From NCBI RefSeq assembly GCF_000299365.1, contig NC_018655.1:1440001-1472000 (forward strand): 32,000 nt of DNA, written 5' to 3'. Below, piece by piece: positions 8,882-18,083 of the stretch (within the stretch, counting starts at the first letter, position 1; every line of letters begins with the position of its first letter). The position numbers and the translations under genes were made by a program. The DNA is from Candidatus Nitrosopumilus koreensis AR1. Lineage in GTDB: Archaea; Thermoproteota; Nitrososphaeria; Nitrososphaerales; Nitrosopumilaceae. Under the pieces are notes generated by a model, which was not told where the DNA came from, did no database searches, and saw only the letters and a list, made by a program, of their open reading frames with translations.

Positions 8882-9295
8882 TTATTTAGATTTTGGCCAC
8901 ATTGAGCCCCATGTTTCAGTGAATTTTTTCATCATTTCACCATATGCATTCATCTGTTCTAATCCAGATGAGCTAAGACTCTTTTGCCAATTCTCAACAA
9001 ATTGTTTGAAAGTAGCCATGTTACTATCATTGAGAGCTTTTTGCCAGTTCTCACTGAATTCTTTGAAAGAAGTCATTCCAGCATCGGTCATTGCTTTTTG
9101 CCAGTTTTCTCCAAATAATTTCATGGTTTCATTGCTAGATTCAATGCTTGCTTTTTCCCAAACTTCATTGAACTTAGATTGCATTTCATTACTGGCAGTT
9201 TGAATTTGCTCAAAAAGAGATTTCCAATTTTCAAGAGATTTTGTATATTCTTGCCATAATGAATCCCACTCATTATTTTTTTCTTGTTCAGACAT
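8882..9295 (-). CDS. Phasin-like protein with 19-residue ENWQKA repeats
   Basis: ENWQKAMTDAGMTSFKEFS / ENWQKALNDSNMATFKQFV / ENWQKSLSSSGLEQM; amphipathic helical throughout. Confidence 0.7.
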   Translation of the reverse strand: MSEQEKNNEWDSLWQEYTKSLENWKSLFEQIQTASNEMQSKFNEVWEKASIESSNETMKLFGENWQKAMTDAGMTSFKEFSENWQKALNDSNMATFKQFVENWQKSLSSSGLEQMNAYGEMMKKFTETWGSMWPKSK

Positions 9296-9346
9296 TAACT
9301 AAAGAAAGAGTTCATTATTCTTAAATGGTTCCATGAAAATCAAAAA

Positions 9347-9832
9347 TTATTTCTGTCGATTTTGCAATCTTTTTTCCATTCTTATTTTTCCTTCTTCAAA
9401 TTTGACTCGATCCTCATCTGTTTTTAAAGATAATTTTGGAACATGCATAGATTTTCCATTTTTATCTAAAGCAACAAAGGTAACAAAAGCAGTTGCAGTC
9501 ACAGTTCTAATTCCTGTAACAATATCTTCAGCCTCTGCTTTAACTTCTATCTCCATAGAAGAATTATGCACATAATTTATTCGAGCATTTAATGAAAGAA
9601 CATTACCAACAAAAACAGGTTTTAGAAAATTTACACTATCCATACATACAGTAACAGCATTTGATTGAGAATGTCTTTGAGCGACAATTCCTGCAACCAT
9701 GTCAATATGTTTTAAAATTTCACCACCAAATACATTCCCAGCTGGATTAGCGTCAGAAGGAAACATTCTAACAATAACTTCAGCATGAGATTCAGATGGA
9801 CTCTTTTCTCTAAGATTTGATTCAGATGACAT
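9347..9832 (-). CDS. Hotdog-fold acyl-CoA thioesterase
   Basis: MFPSDANPAGNVFGGEILKHIDMVAGIVAQRHS...VTVCMDSVNFLKPVFVGNVLSLNARI, typical YciA/BACH family. Confidence 0.88.
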   Translation of the reverse strand: MSSESNLREKSPSESHAEVIVRMFPSDANPAGNVFGGEILKHIDMVAGIVAQRHSQSNAVTVCMDSVNFLKPVFVGNVLSLNARINYVHNSSMEIEVKAEAEDIVTGIRTVTATAFVTFVALDKNGKSMHVPKLSLKTDEDRVKFEEGKIRMEKRLQNRQK

Positions 9833-9886
9833 TTTATCTATAATAATTTTAATTAATCCAAATTTAATTTAATCAGTTGATTTTGA

Positions 9887-11224
9887 TTATTTGAAATATT
9901 TTTCAAGTTTAATTTTGTCAATTTTTGGGATTTTTGCCAATTCAAATCCCTCTGGACGTTTTGAAAGGGATCTAGTTGCATCAATACCCATTTTTGCAGT
10001 TTGTAATTTCTTTTGATCACTTGAAGGATCAAGACTAGAACCACGTACATTTTTTAAGATTATGAGATCCTTATCTGCTTGGAATCTTGTTGCCATAGCA
10101 TATTCTACCGCTTCGGCATTATTAGGGTCAATATCATCATCAACTACTGTAACTTGTTTTAATGAGCGATGAGATTCAAATGTTTTTTTAATTATTTTTT
10201 TTGCATCAGATTCATTTTTCTTTTTTATTTGTACAACAGCATGCAACCAATTACATCCACCATTTGTCATGGAGACTTGTTGTGTTTGTCTGAACGCTTT
10301 TTTCAAATCACCATTTAGTTTTGATTCAATAGGCATTCCCATTAACAATCGATGTTCAGAATATCCAGATAAAACATCATGAAAAATAGGATTATTTCTA
10401 AAATACAAGTTTTCAAGTTCAAAAACAGGTTGGGATCTTTTATGGTCATATGTTTGGAGCATCTCGACCATCCATTCAGGATGGGTTTTGTCCTGAAGAA
10501 CTTTTCCTTCCATAACAATTTCTGAACCAGATGGCACGTTTAGTCCGGTAAAGGGAAGTTTTGTTAAAGTTAATTTTCCACCTAACAAAGAGTTTGCAAT
10601 ATTAATCTCATCTTTTCCCCACTGTTCTTGATATGCACCTGCAATAGAAATTGCAGGGTGTACACCAACAGTAAGTGCAATTTTTAGATCCTCACCATGT
10701 TCTTTAGCATCAACAAAACATCGATGCAAATGACGTCCTTCAACCATTCTTATTGAAAAATGAGTTTTGTCAATTGGCATCATTCTATGAAAGGATGAAT
10801 TTTGTTTTCCAGTTTCTGGATTCTTAACATATGCAATTGAAGAAGTGATAAATGGACCAGATTCCTTTTCGAAATGAGTAACAATAGGCATGGAAAAGAG
10901 ATTTTTTGACCTATTTTCTTGAAATTTTCCAGAGGATATTATTTTAGGTGCTTTTGCCTTTTTTATTGCAGAAATGACTTTTTCATGAATATTATTTTCG
11001 GTTCCACCCACTGCAAGAGCAAAGCGCTTTCTAGTACCAACCAGATTAGCAACTAAATGAAAATCACTTTCTTTAATATTTTCAAACAATACAGCATGTG
11101 AACCATCAACCTTTGCAGTAATTCCTGCAATTTCATATTTTGTTGAAACTTTAGTTTTTATAATTTTGAGTTCTTTACTTTTCTTAATTTTAGAGATATA
11201 ATTTCTTAAATCACTCATTCTCAA
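9887..11224 (-). CDS. ubiD: UbiD-family decarboxylase
   Basis: MRMSDLRNYI...; HFEKESGPFITSSIAYVKNPETGKQNSSFHRMMPIDKTHFSIRMVEGRHLHR, ALTVGVHPAI, E+L+YF architecture of UbiD. Confidence 0.88.
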   Translation of the reverse strand: MRMSDLRNYISKIKKSKELKIIKTKVSTKYEIAGITAKVDGSHAVLFENIKESDFHLVANLVGTRKRFALAVGGTENNIHEKVISAIKKAKAPKIISSGKFQENRSKNLFSMPIVTHFEKESGPFITSSIAYVKNPETGKQNSSFHRMMPIDKTHFSIRMVEGRHLHRCFVDAKEHGEDLKIALTVGVHPAISIAGAYQEQWGKDEINIANSLLGGKLTLTKLPFTGLNVPSGSEIVMEGKVLQDKTHPEWMVEMLQTYDHKRSQPVFELENLYFRNNPIFHDVLSGYSEHRLLMGMPIESKLNGDLKKAFRQTQQVSMTNGGCNWLHAVVQIKKKNESDAKKIIKKTFESHRSLKQVTVVDDDIDPNNAEAVEYAMATRFQADKDLIILKNVRGSSLDPSSDQKKLQTAKMGIDATRSLSKRPEGFELAKIPKIDKIKLEKYFK

Positions 11225-11552
11225 CCGTCTCCATAATTTCAGACATTAAGTCTTTTGCAGTATTTGATCCTAATTCTTTTTGAATAAATGCAGAAACCAA
11301 TACAATACCTCGCACTCTAATGCTGATTTGTTCAGCAATAAGTTTGAGAAAAAGAGAATCGGTCTTAGAAGGAATTATAGTAGTTGTGACGGGAGTGGGA
11401 CCAGTTGCCATTGAAGCCACCATCGAACCTATTTTATTTGAACCCTCAGATACAGAAATAAAATAACCATTTTCAAATTTTTGAATGTTTAAAGAAAAGT
11501 TACGGCCCTCCAAATTTACCAATTTTTGGAAAAATCCATTTGGAGAGTTCAA
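11211..11552 (-). CDS. Small protein, weakly resembling proteasome assembly chaperone 4 (PAC4)
   Basis: Pattern ...SMVASMATGPTPVTTTIIPSKTDSLFLKLIAEQISIRVRGIVLVSAFI...IMETVE resembles the PAC4 core from memory only. Confidence 0.35.
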   Translation of the reverse strand: MNSPNGFFQKLVNLEGRNFSLNIQKFENGYFISVSEGSNKIGSMVASMATGPTPVTTTIIPSKTDSLFLKLIAEQISIRVRGIVLVSAFIQKELGSNTAKDLMSEIMETVENE

Positions 11553-11569
11553 TAAGCTATGAACAAGTC

Positions 11570-12013
11570 TTATGCTTTTATTGCTATTGATTCACTATCT
11601 TGGGAAGCATCAAGCAAAGCAGGATTTTTCTTGCAGTTCTTTTCATGTTTATCTGGATAGACAAACAATTTCTCACAGTGTTTGCATGGAGTTTTTTCCT
11701 TAGACTTTGTTGTTTTAGTTTTTGCAGTTTTTCTTTTAGATTTTGCTTTTACTGCAATTTCTTCAACTTCTGGTTGAACTTCTGTAGCAGATTTTGCCTC
11801 AATAGAATCAGCTTCAACTCTTGCACGTAGTTTGGCTTTGTATTTCAAATTACGTGGTTTAGTTCTTAATCTATAGCCACAACATGGACACCATAGTCCT
11901 TCCCATTTGATGAATATTTCACAAATTTGACATCGACGTTGTCCAGAAGCATATCTTCCGGTTCCAACAGGCTTTTGAGCCTTATATCTTACACAAATTC
12001 CTTTACAAGTCAT
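11570..12013 (-). CDS. Multi-zinc-finger protein with a basic K/T-rich linker
   Basis: CKGICVRY, CQICEIFIKWEGLWCPCCGYRLRTKPRN, KAKSKRKTAKTKTTKSKEKTPCKHCEKLFVYPDKHEKNCKK. Confidence 0.75.
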   Translation of the reverse strand: MTCKGICVRYKAQKPVGTGRYASGQRRCQICEIFIKWEGLWCPCCGYRLRTKPRNLKYKAKLRARVEADSIEAKSATEVQPEVEEIAVKAKSKRKTAKTKTTKSKEKTPCKHCEKLFVYPDKHEKNCKKNPALLDASQDSESIAIKA

Positions 12014-12041
12014 CTTGGTAGTTTATTATAGAATTCATAAG

Positions 12042-12047
12042 TATATA
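12042..12047 (-). promoter_or_regulatory. TATA-like element upstream of the 12013 start
   Basis: Minus strand CCTTATATAC about 30 nt upstream of the ATG. Confidence 0.4.
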
Positions 12048-12322
12048 AGGGTGGATCGATGAAATTTAGAAAAAAATAGGAAAAAAGATGAAATAATTTC
12101 AAGTAATTTTACGATCAGTATAATTAGTTTCAACGAAAAACAAGAAATCTTCAATAAATATGTATAGCTTGTTTGATTTTCATCTTTTTTGAAAAAATGA
12201 CATGTATCAATATAGTTGTTTAACAAAAAATTTCAGTTTTTTCTTAAAAAAATGTAGAAAATAGATGAATATCATACAATATTATTTCATGAAAATTGAA
12301 GGGAATCATTAAATGAAAAAAA

Positions 12323-12985
12323 CTAGCCCGTCATAGACAGGGGCAAAATTGAATGTCTATGGCCATCTCTTTGAGAGATGTATTTTGCAGACAGCATATC
12401 TCGTTTTCCGCCTTGATTAAAATTCTTAATTTTCATACTGGTTTTCCTTTCATCAACAAATTCTAATTCAAAAGATGAACAAAAATTGAGATTTAACATA
12501 GTTACAATTTGTTTGGCAATTCCCATATGCCCATTTCCAATCTTTACAATTTTTCTTTTAGCCCTAAGACCACCCAGAACTCTAATAATATGAATAACTA
12601 ATTCTTCAACAGATGAATGAAATGAACTCTCAATCTCTTTTCCATAGTAAAATACAGACAAACCAGTTCTTTCCCCAGGATCAATTCCCAGAATCAGATG
12701 ATCTTCCTCAAAATCAAGATTTAGTTTTTGCATCATAATGCCCCTAATGACAGTAGGATGATGTTCAAAAATATCCTCATGAAGTAGTGGTATTTCACAA
12801 ATTTTTGGTGATTCTTTATGGGTGGTAAGAATTAGGTGTCCCGAATAATTTTGGATATCCTCAGGTAGAATGGAATCAAATGACAGTTTAAGGGCCTTCA
12901 AATAGGTTGAAAATCTATAATATGGTTTACCATAGGAAGTGGCAATTCCAATACGAGAGTTAAGTAAGGGATCGATATTAGACAA
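12323..12985 (-). CDS. Predicted RNase H-fold (YqgF/RuvC-like) nuclease-like protein
   Basis: HLILGIDPGERTGLSVFYYG and FELEFVDERKTSM, then KRDMLSAKYIS, resembling YqgF LGIDPG...VDERLTT...DA.AA motifs. Confidence 0.55.
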   Translation of the reverse strand: MSNIDPLLNSRIGIATSYGKPYYRFSTYLKALKLSFDSILPEDIQNYSGHLILTTHKESPKICEIPLLHEDIFEHHPTVIRGIMMQKLNLDFEEDHLILGIDPGERTGLSVFYYGKEIESSFHSSVEELVIHIIRVLGGLRAKRKIVKIGNGHMGIAKQIVTMLNLNFCSSFELEFVDERKTSMKIKNFNQGGKRDMLSAKYISQRDGHRHSILPLSMTG

Positions 12986-13006
12986 AATGAAATATAGAAT
13001 TTAGGA

Positions 13007-13348
13007 TTATGCCTTCAAAACAGTTGACACGACATGTTTCACTGCTTCATCAAAATTAGCATCAATTTTTGATTGAATTTCAGATAATTTAGCCTCGCCT
13101 TCTTGAGCAATTTTTGCAGATTCAGCAGTGGCTTTTTCTTTTGAAGCATTTATCAGAACTTCGGCTTCCTTAGTTGCCATTTCTCTAGTTTTTTCCACGA
13201 GAGAGTCTATTTCATTTTGAGCCTTTACTGAAAGTTGTTTTTTCATATCTCCAACCTTACTGTTTAAGGAATCAATATCATCTTCCAAGACAGTTAGAGA
13301 TTTGATAATTCCAGTGACTTTAGATTCTGCCATACTCATTACACTCAA
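13007..13348 (-). CDS. Coiled-coil protein resembling archaeal A-type ATPase peripheral-stalk subunit H
   Basis: Ala/Lys/Glu heptad-rich 113 aa, VLINASKEKATAESAKIAQEGEAKLSEIQSKID. Confidence 0.4.
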   Translation of the reverse strand: MSVMSMAESKVTGIIKSLTVLEDDIDSLNSKVGDMKKQLSVKAQNEIDSLVEKTREMATKEAEVLINASKEKATAESAKIAQEGEAKLSEIQSKIDANFDEAVKHVVSTVLKA

Positions 13349-13412
13349 ATTTCAATAATTCCATTAATTAAATCATTCAGTTTTTGGTCAATTTTAGGCA
13401 CAAAATATTGGA

Positions 13413-13754
13413 TCATCCAGTGGTTAACAGTAAAATTGCCCTAGCAAGATCGCCTTTTGCTTCTTCTAATGCACTTTTGGCTTTTTCTTCATCAACACCT
13501 GCTTGCTGGCTAACAAGTTGGATATCTTCTTCAGAGAATATAGGGACTTCTAATTCTCTTTCCTCATAACTGTCAGCAGTTACAGTAAAAATTGAATTAT
13601 CTTTTGCTTTCATTTCTGTAACAGAAGGCTTTGAAATAATGATCTCTTTTTTATCGGTCTTTATGATAACTTCCTGAACATTTGACATCTCATTCATATC
13701 AAGACCCATCTTGTCCATCATTCTTCGCATTTCACGATTGCCTCCGCGCATCAT
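13413..13754 (-). CDS. nac: Nascent polypeptide-associated complex protein
   Basis: MMRGGNREMRRMMDKMGLDM, NAC domain VQEVIIKTDKKEIIISKPSV, C-terminal UBA-like EEDIQLVSQQAGVDEEKAKSALEEAKGDLARAILLL. Confidence 0.95.
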   Translation of the reverse strand: MMRGGNREMRRMMDKMGLDMNEMSNVQEVIIKTDKKEIIISKPSVTEMKAKDNSIFTVTADSYEERELEVPIFSEEDIQLVSQQAGVDEEKAKSALEEAKGDLARAILLLTTG

Positions 13755-14224
13755 AGTTCTTTTTCCTCTTTACGACTTTTTAAACTATCTCTAACCTTAA
13801 CGGCCACACCTCTATCAAAATCAGAAATCATCTCATATGATAAAACAGCCCTTCCAACTGCAATCACCTTATTTTTGAATAAAACAGGAGTGTCGCCAGA
13901 AATTCTAACATTTTTTCCACATTTTACAACATGCTTGCAAAATACAGATCTGCCATCTTGAACAAATGGTGCAGCATCTTTGTTTATCTCTACACAGTTT
14001 TCTCTGAACACTTTACTTCTCAGGAGTATTTGAGCAAAGTAAGGACTAATTGCTAAACCACCATCGATTCTTAAAGTACATAGTAATTTCCCTTTATGGA
14101 TAACAGTTCTAATTCTACCAGTTTTTCTTGAAAAAGTCATTTCAATATCTTTAGGTAGATATTTTGAAACGCCACTACCAAACAAGGCATCAAGTGAAGA
14201 CTGTAGCTTTAACACATGATCCAT
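13751..14224 (-). CDS. PUA-domain RNA-binding protein (NAC-linked)
   Basis: APFVQDGRSVFCKHVVKCGKNVRISGDTPVLFKNKVIAVGRAVLS is a PUA domain; 4-nt overlap with nac. Confidence 0.85.
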   Translation of the reverse strand: MDHVLKLQSSLDALFGSGVSKYLPKDIEMTFSRKTGRIRTVIHKGKLLCTLRIDGGLAISPYFAQILLRSKVFRENCVEINKDAAPFVQDGRSVFCKHVVKCGKNVRISGDTPVLFKNKVIAVGRAVLSYEMISDFDRGVAVKVRDSLKSRKEEKEL

Positions 14225-14315
14225 ATTCAGATTTCAATCTATTCTAAATATTAGTTCAATGATCATATATATCAAAATGTGCAAACTATATAGAATAGTT
14301 TTTTTTCTTTAGATT

Positions 14316-15362
14316 ATGGAAGAAAGAGAGGAAACAAGGAAAATTCAATTTACAGGTAAATCATCATACATAGTTTCATTACCAAAACCATGGATCATGG
14401 ATTTAGGATTAAAGCAAGGAGATCAAATTAGAATGATAAGAAAAGGTTCTTCAACTTTAGAACTTTATCCACCAAAATTTGAATCACGCAGTCCAAAGAA
14501 AGAAGAAGCTACGATTGAAATAAGCTCAGAAGAAAAGGCATCCTCGATTGTCAGAAAATTAATTTCACTTTATTTTTTGGGTTTTAAGACAATTAACGTA
14601 AAACCAAAAGATGGCAGATTGAGTCCAGCCCAAAGAAACACAGTAAAAGAAGCAGTCAAGCGAATGTTGATGGGTTCAGAGATCATTTCGGATTCCAGTG
14701 GAGGAATAACAATACAAGTCCTAGTTAATTTATTAGAATTATCAATAGATGGTGCATTCAAAAGAATGATCCATTTAGCAAAATCAATGTCTAGTGATGC
14801 AATCCTGGCTGTAAAAGAAAACAATGCAGATTTAGCACAAGAAGTAATAAACACAGATGATGAAGTTGACAGATTTGGATTTTATATTATTCGTCAATTA
14901 AAGATTGCAATTCAAAATGAACACATGCTAAAAGAGATGGGTTTTAGAAATCCTAGAGATTGTCTTGGATATAGATTGGTTGTAAAGAATATCGAGAGAG
15001 CAGGAGATCATGCAGCATTTATTGCAAAAGATCTTCTAGAATTCAAGAAATCAGTGAAGAAAGAAATATTGGACAAATTGCAAGACATGAATGAATTTTG
15101 TCTGTCAGTACTGGATGATGCTTGTCTTGCGTTGTTTAAAGAAGACTATCCACAAGCAGAAAAAACCATCGAAAAGACAAACGATATTACAAAATATGAG
15201 AAAAAAATCAGAGATGCCTCAAAATCACTTAAAGATGACGAGGAGATCTATAGAGTTAGAAGAATGACTGAAAACATCAAAAGAGTTTCAGAATATGCCA
15301 GCGACATTGCAGAAATAGTATTGAATATGAATATTGAAAAGACAATCAAAAAAACGACATAG
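14316..15362 (+). CDS. PhoU-family phosphate uptake regulator with N-terminal AbrB/SpoVT DNA-binding domain
   Basis: RKIQFTGKSSYIVSLPKPWIMDLGLKQGDQIRMI plus tandem PhoU-like helices. Confidence 0.88.
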   Translation: MEEREETRKIQFTGKSSYIVSLPKPWIMDLGLKQGDQIRMIRKGSSTLELYPPKFESRSPKKEEATIEISSEEKASSIVRKLISLYFLGFKTINVKPKDGRLSPAQRNTVKEAVKRMLMGSEIISDSSGGITIQVLVNLLELSIDGAFKRMIHLAKSMSSDAILAVKENNADLAQEVINTDDEVDRFGFYIIRQLKIAIQNEHMLKEMGFRNPRDCLGYRLVVKNIERAGDHAAFIAKDLLEFKKSVKKEILDKLQDMNEFCLSVLDDACLALFKEDYPQAEKTIEKTNDITKYEKKIRDASKSLKDDEEIYRVRRMTENIKRVSEYASDIAEIVLNMNIEKTIKKTT

Positions 15363-15418
15363 ATTTTCAAAACAGGTAGAATCTTTAACCCAAGTTATAG
15401 TAAAAGCATAGAATCAAA

Positions 15419-16531
15419 ATGAAATCAGCCATTTTAATCACATATGACAAGGACGACGTGATTAATGAAGCAAAAGGACTTTGTGATGCAGCAGGATTAC
15501 AGGTTGTCCACATAATTAAACAAAAATTCTTGAAAAAGCCAAAGTACGGTATAAGTGGAGGAATTTTAGAGAAGCTTGAAGAGATTTCAGAAAAGATCAG
15601 GCCAGATGTAATTGTGTTTGATGAGATTTTAAAACCAAGTCAAAATTATAACTTGGCATCAGTTTTGCATAGAGAAATTTTAGACAGAGAAGCACTAATT
15701 CTTGAAATTTTTGAAAGCAGAGCATCAAGCTCAGAATCAAAATTACAAGTAAAGTTAGCACAATTAAGATATGAAATGGCCAGAGCAAAAGAAAAAGTTC
15801 GACTTTCGAGCATGGGAGAACAACCAGGATTTATGGGAATAGGAAAATTTGAGGTCGATGTTTACTATAATGACATTAAACATAGAATGCAAACAGTTAG
15901 ATCCAAACTTGAAAAAGCTGGAAAACAAAGAGAGTTACATAGACAAGGAAGAAAAAAAATGGGATTCAAAACAATCTCACTTGCAGGATATACTTCAGCA
16001 GGAAAAACAACATTGTTTAACAAGATGACAGGAGAAACAAAAATTCAAAGTAGTGAATTGTTTACAACACTTTCAACTACTACACGAAGAGTTACAATTA
16101 ATCAAGTGCCATTTTTAATATCAGATACAGTAGGTTTTATCAGCAAATTACCTGCTTACATGATTGATGCATTCAAATCAACGTTAGAAGAATTAGGTCA
16201 TACAGATATCATCATAGTAGTAATAGATATCAGCGATTCATTATTTGAATTGAAGAAGAAATTTTCTAGCTGTATGAGAACATTAAGTGAACTAGGAGTT
16301 GAAAAAGACAGGATGGTGTATGCACTAAATAAATCAGATTTGTTAGAAAACAGTGAGATTGAAGAAAAAATAGAAACACTCAATCTAACAGACAATAAAA
16401 AATGGATTCCAGTTTCGGCAAAAACGGGTAAAAATACAGAAAAACTCAAGGAATTGATTAAGGATATTTTGGAAAGTTATGATTCTTACCAATTTGAAAA
16501 TAAAGGAATTGAAAAGACCTATGGAAATTGA
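15419..16531 (+). CDS. hflX: GTPase HflX
   Basis: [73 protein letters not shown]. Confidence 0.92.
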   Translation: MKSAILITYDKDDVINEAKGLCDAAGLQVVHIIKQKFLKKPKYGISGGILEKLEEISEKIRPDVIVFDEILKPSQNYNLASVLHREILDREALILEIFESRASSSESKLQVKLAQLRYEMARAKEKVRLSSMGEQPGFMGIGKFEVDVYYNDIKHRMQTVRSKLEKAGKQRELHRQGRKKMGFKTISLAGYTSAGKTTLFNKMTGETKIQSSELFTTLSTTTRRVTINQVPFLISDTVGFISKLPAYMIDAFKSTLEELGHTDIIIVVIDISDSLFELKKKFSSCMRTLSELGVEKDRMVYALNKSDLLENSEIEEKIETLNLTDNKKWIPVSAKTGKNTEKLKELIKDILESYDSYQFENKGIEKTYGN

Positions 16532-17054
16532 AGTAGTTAGAATTGGACAGAGATTAGTCAGAGACGACAGAGTTACAACCCATGTAGCATTAGTATCAAG
16601 GGCATTTGGAGCATCAAAAATATTCATGACAGAAGTTAATCCAGAGATAAAAGATACTTTGAGAAAAATTAATGAAACATGGGGAGGAAATTTTACAGTT
16701 GAATTTATTGAAAAATGGAAATCAGTTATCAAGAAGAAAAAAGAAGACAATTTCAAAATAGTACATCTTTCAATGTATGGTGAAAAAATTAATGAAGTTC
16801 AAGAAAAGATTCGTAAAGAAGAAAAATTGTTAGTTGTTGTAGGAGCTGAAAAAGTTCCCAGAGAGATTTACGAGGTGGCAGATTATAATGTGGGAGTGGG
16901 CAGTCAACCTCATTCTGAAATAAGCGCTCTTGCCATACTATTAGATCGTATTCAGACAGGTCAACAATTTGAGAAAGAATTTCCAAATGCAAAAAGAAAG
17001 ATTATACCCACAAAAACAGGCAAAAATGTACAAGTAAAGGAAACAAGGGATTAA
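16521..17054 (+). CDS. trm56: tRNA (cytidine(56)-2'-O)-methyltransferase
   Basis: [80 protein letters not shown]. Confidence 0.9.
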   Translation: MEIEVVRIGQRLVRDDRVTTHVALVSRAFGASKIFMTEVNPEIKDTLRKINETWGGNFTVEFIEKWKSVIKKKKEDNFKIVHLSMYGEKINEVQEKIRKEEKLLVVVGAEKVPREIYEVADYNVGVGSQPHSEISALAILLDRIQTGQQFEKEFPNAKRKIIPTKTGKNVQVKETRD

Positions 17055-17080
17055 TAATAGAAAATTAGGAAAGATTAGAG

Positions 17081-17595
17081 TTGGTAGACAAATACGAAGA
17101 TCCTTTTGTTAGAATAGCCTCAATGATTGGAGGAGATGAATATCTCAAGGTTGCTCGTTCATTACTAAAAGCAGAAGATGCAACTGATGAAGAAATTGCA
17201 AGTTCTACAGGTCTTAGAATTAACATGGTAAGAAAAGTATTGTATGATCTTTTTGGTAAATCTCTAATCACAGGAATTAGAGTAAAAGATGAAAGAAAAG
17301 GATGGTTTGTTTACAGATGGAGAACTAGAAGAGAAGAAGTAGAACATTTCATTGAAAACCAAAAAAGAAAATTGAAGAAAGATTACAACAAAGACTAGAT
17401 TATGAAAATGCATCTGATTTTTATCATTGCGGAAATGAAGATTGTCCAAGAGTAACATTTGAAGATGCACTTGAAGGCATGTTCAAATGTCCATCATGTG
17501 GAAATGTCCTAAATCTGAAAAAGAACGATAAATCTAAAAAAGCATATCAAAAGAAAATTGATGAAATCAAAAAAGATATGCAGCAGATTTTCTAA
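17081..17595 (+). pseudogene. tfe: Transcription factor E (TFE alpha), frameshifted: WH domain in 17081..17398, zinc ribbon in a shifted frame to 17595
   Basis: eWH: SLLKAEDATDEEIASSTGLRINMVRKVLYDLFGKSLI; adding one A at 17390-17392 gives RLDYENASDFYHCGNEDCPRVTFEDALEGMFKCPSCGNVLNLKKNDKSKKAYQKKIDEIKKDMQQIF*. Likely a functional gene with a sequencing indel. Confidence 0.85.
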
Positions 17596-17639
17596 TTATA
17601 TTGAGATAATACTAAATACTTTTTAGAGGTATTTTCTTT

Positions 17640-18044
17640 ATGTCTCAAGATTCAGAACCCTCAGTTTGTAATATTTTCAAAGATAATTCATCTAAAATAA
17701 TTAATAAATTAGAAATGCAGATTCCATCTCATTTTCAAATATATTCAGACATGTACAAAGAATATCTTCACATGCTAGATGATGTGTTTGGAACATGTAT
17801 TATTTCTGAAAAAGAATTTTTTGATAAAATAAATGCGGACGAAAATTCCATGAAACATATTAAATCATTTTCAGACAGCATGACAGATTTCTGGATAAAG
17901 CAGATTGAAAATTATGACAATTATCTGAAATGGTACTATCAAATGAGAATTTCAGGTATGAAATCATATGACCAATTTGTGCATATTATGATGAATTCAT
18001 ATTCCAAAACACTTTCAAATTTTACTAAGAGTCTTGAAGATTAG
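17640..18044 (+). CDS. Phasin-like helical hypothetical protein
   Basis: 134 aa; W/Y/Q-rich helices (DSMTDFWIKQIENYDNYLKWYYQMRISGMKSYDQF) like the ORFs at 5374 and 8882. Confidence 0.6.
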   Translation: MSQDSEPSVCNIFKDNSSKIINKLEMQIPSHFQIYSDMYKEYLHMLDDVFGTCIISEKEFFDKINADENSMKHIKSFSDSMTDFWIKQIENYDNYLKWYYQMRISGMKSYDQFVHIMMNSYSKTLSNFTKSLED

Positions 18045-18083
18045 GTTACTAAATTAAATAGGAGAAATTGTTTTCAAAAAACC

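Noticed and set aside
12035-12226. 63-aa minus ORF MLNNYIDTCHFF...
   Set aside because: Low-complexity F/L/I/S-rich in an AT-rich intergenic; overlaps a likely promoter.
16385-16756. Minus-strand 123-aa ORF across the hflX/trm56 junction
   Set aside because: Antisense to two confidently identified genes.
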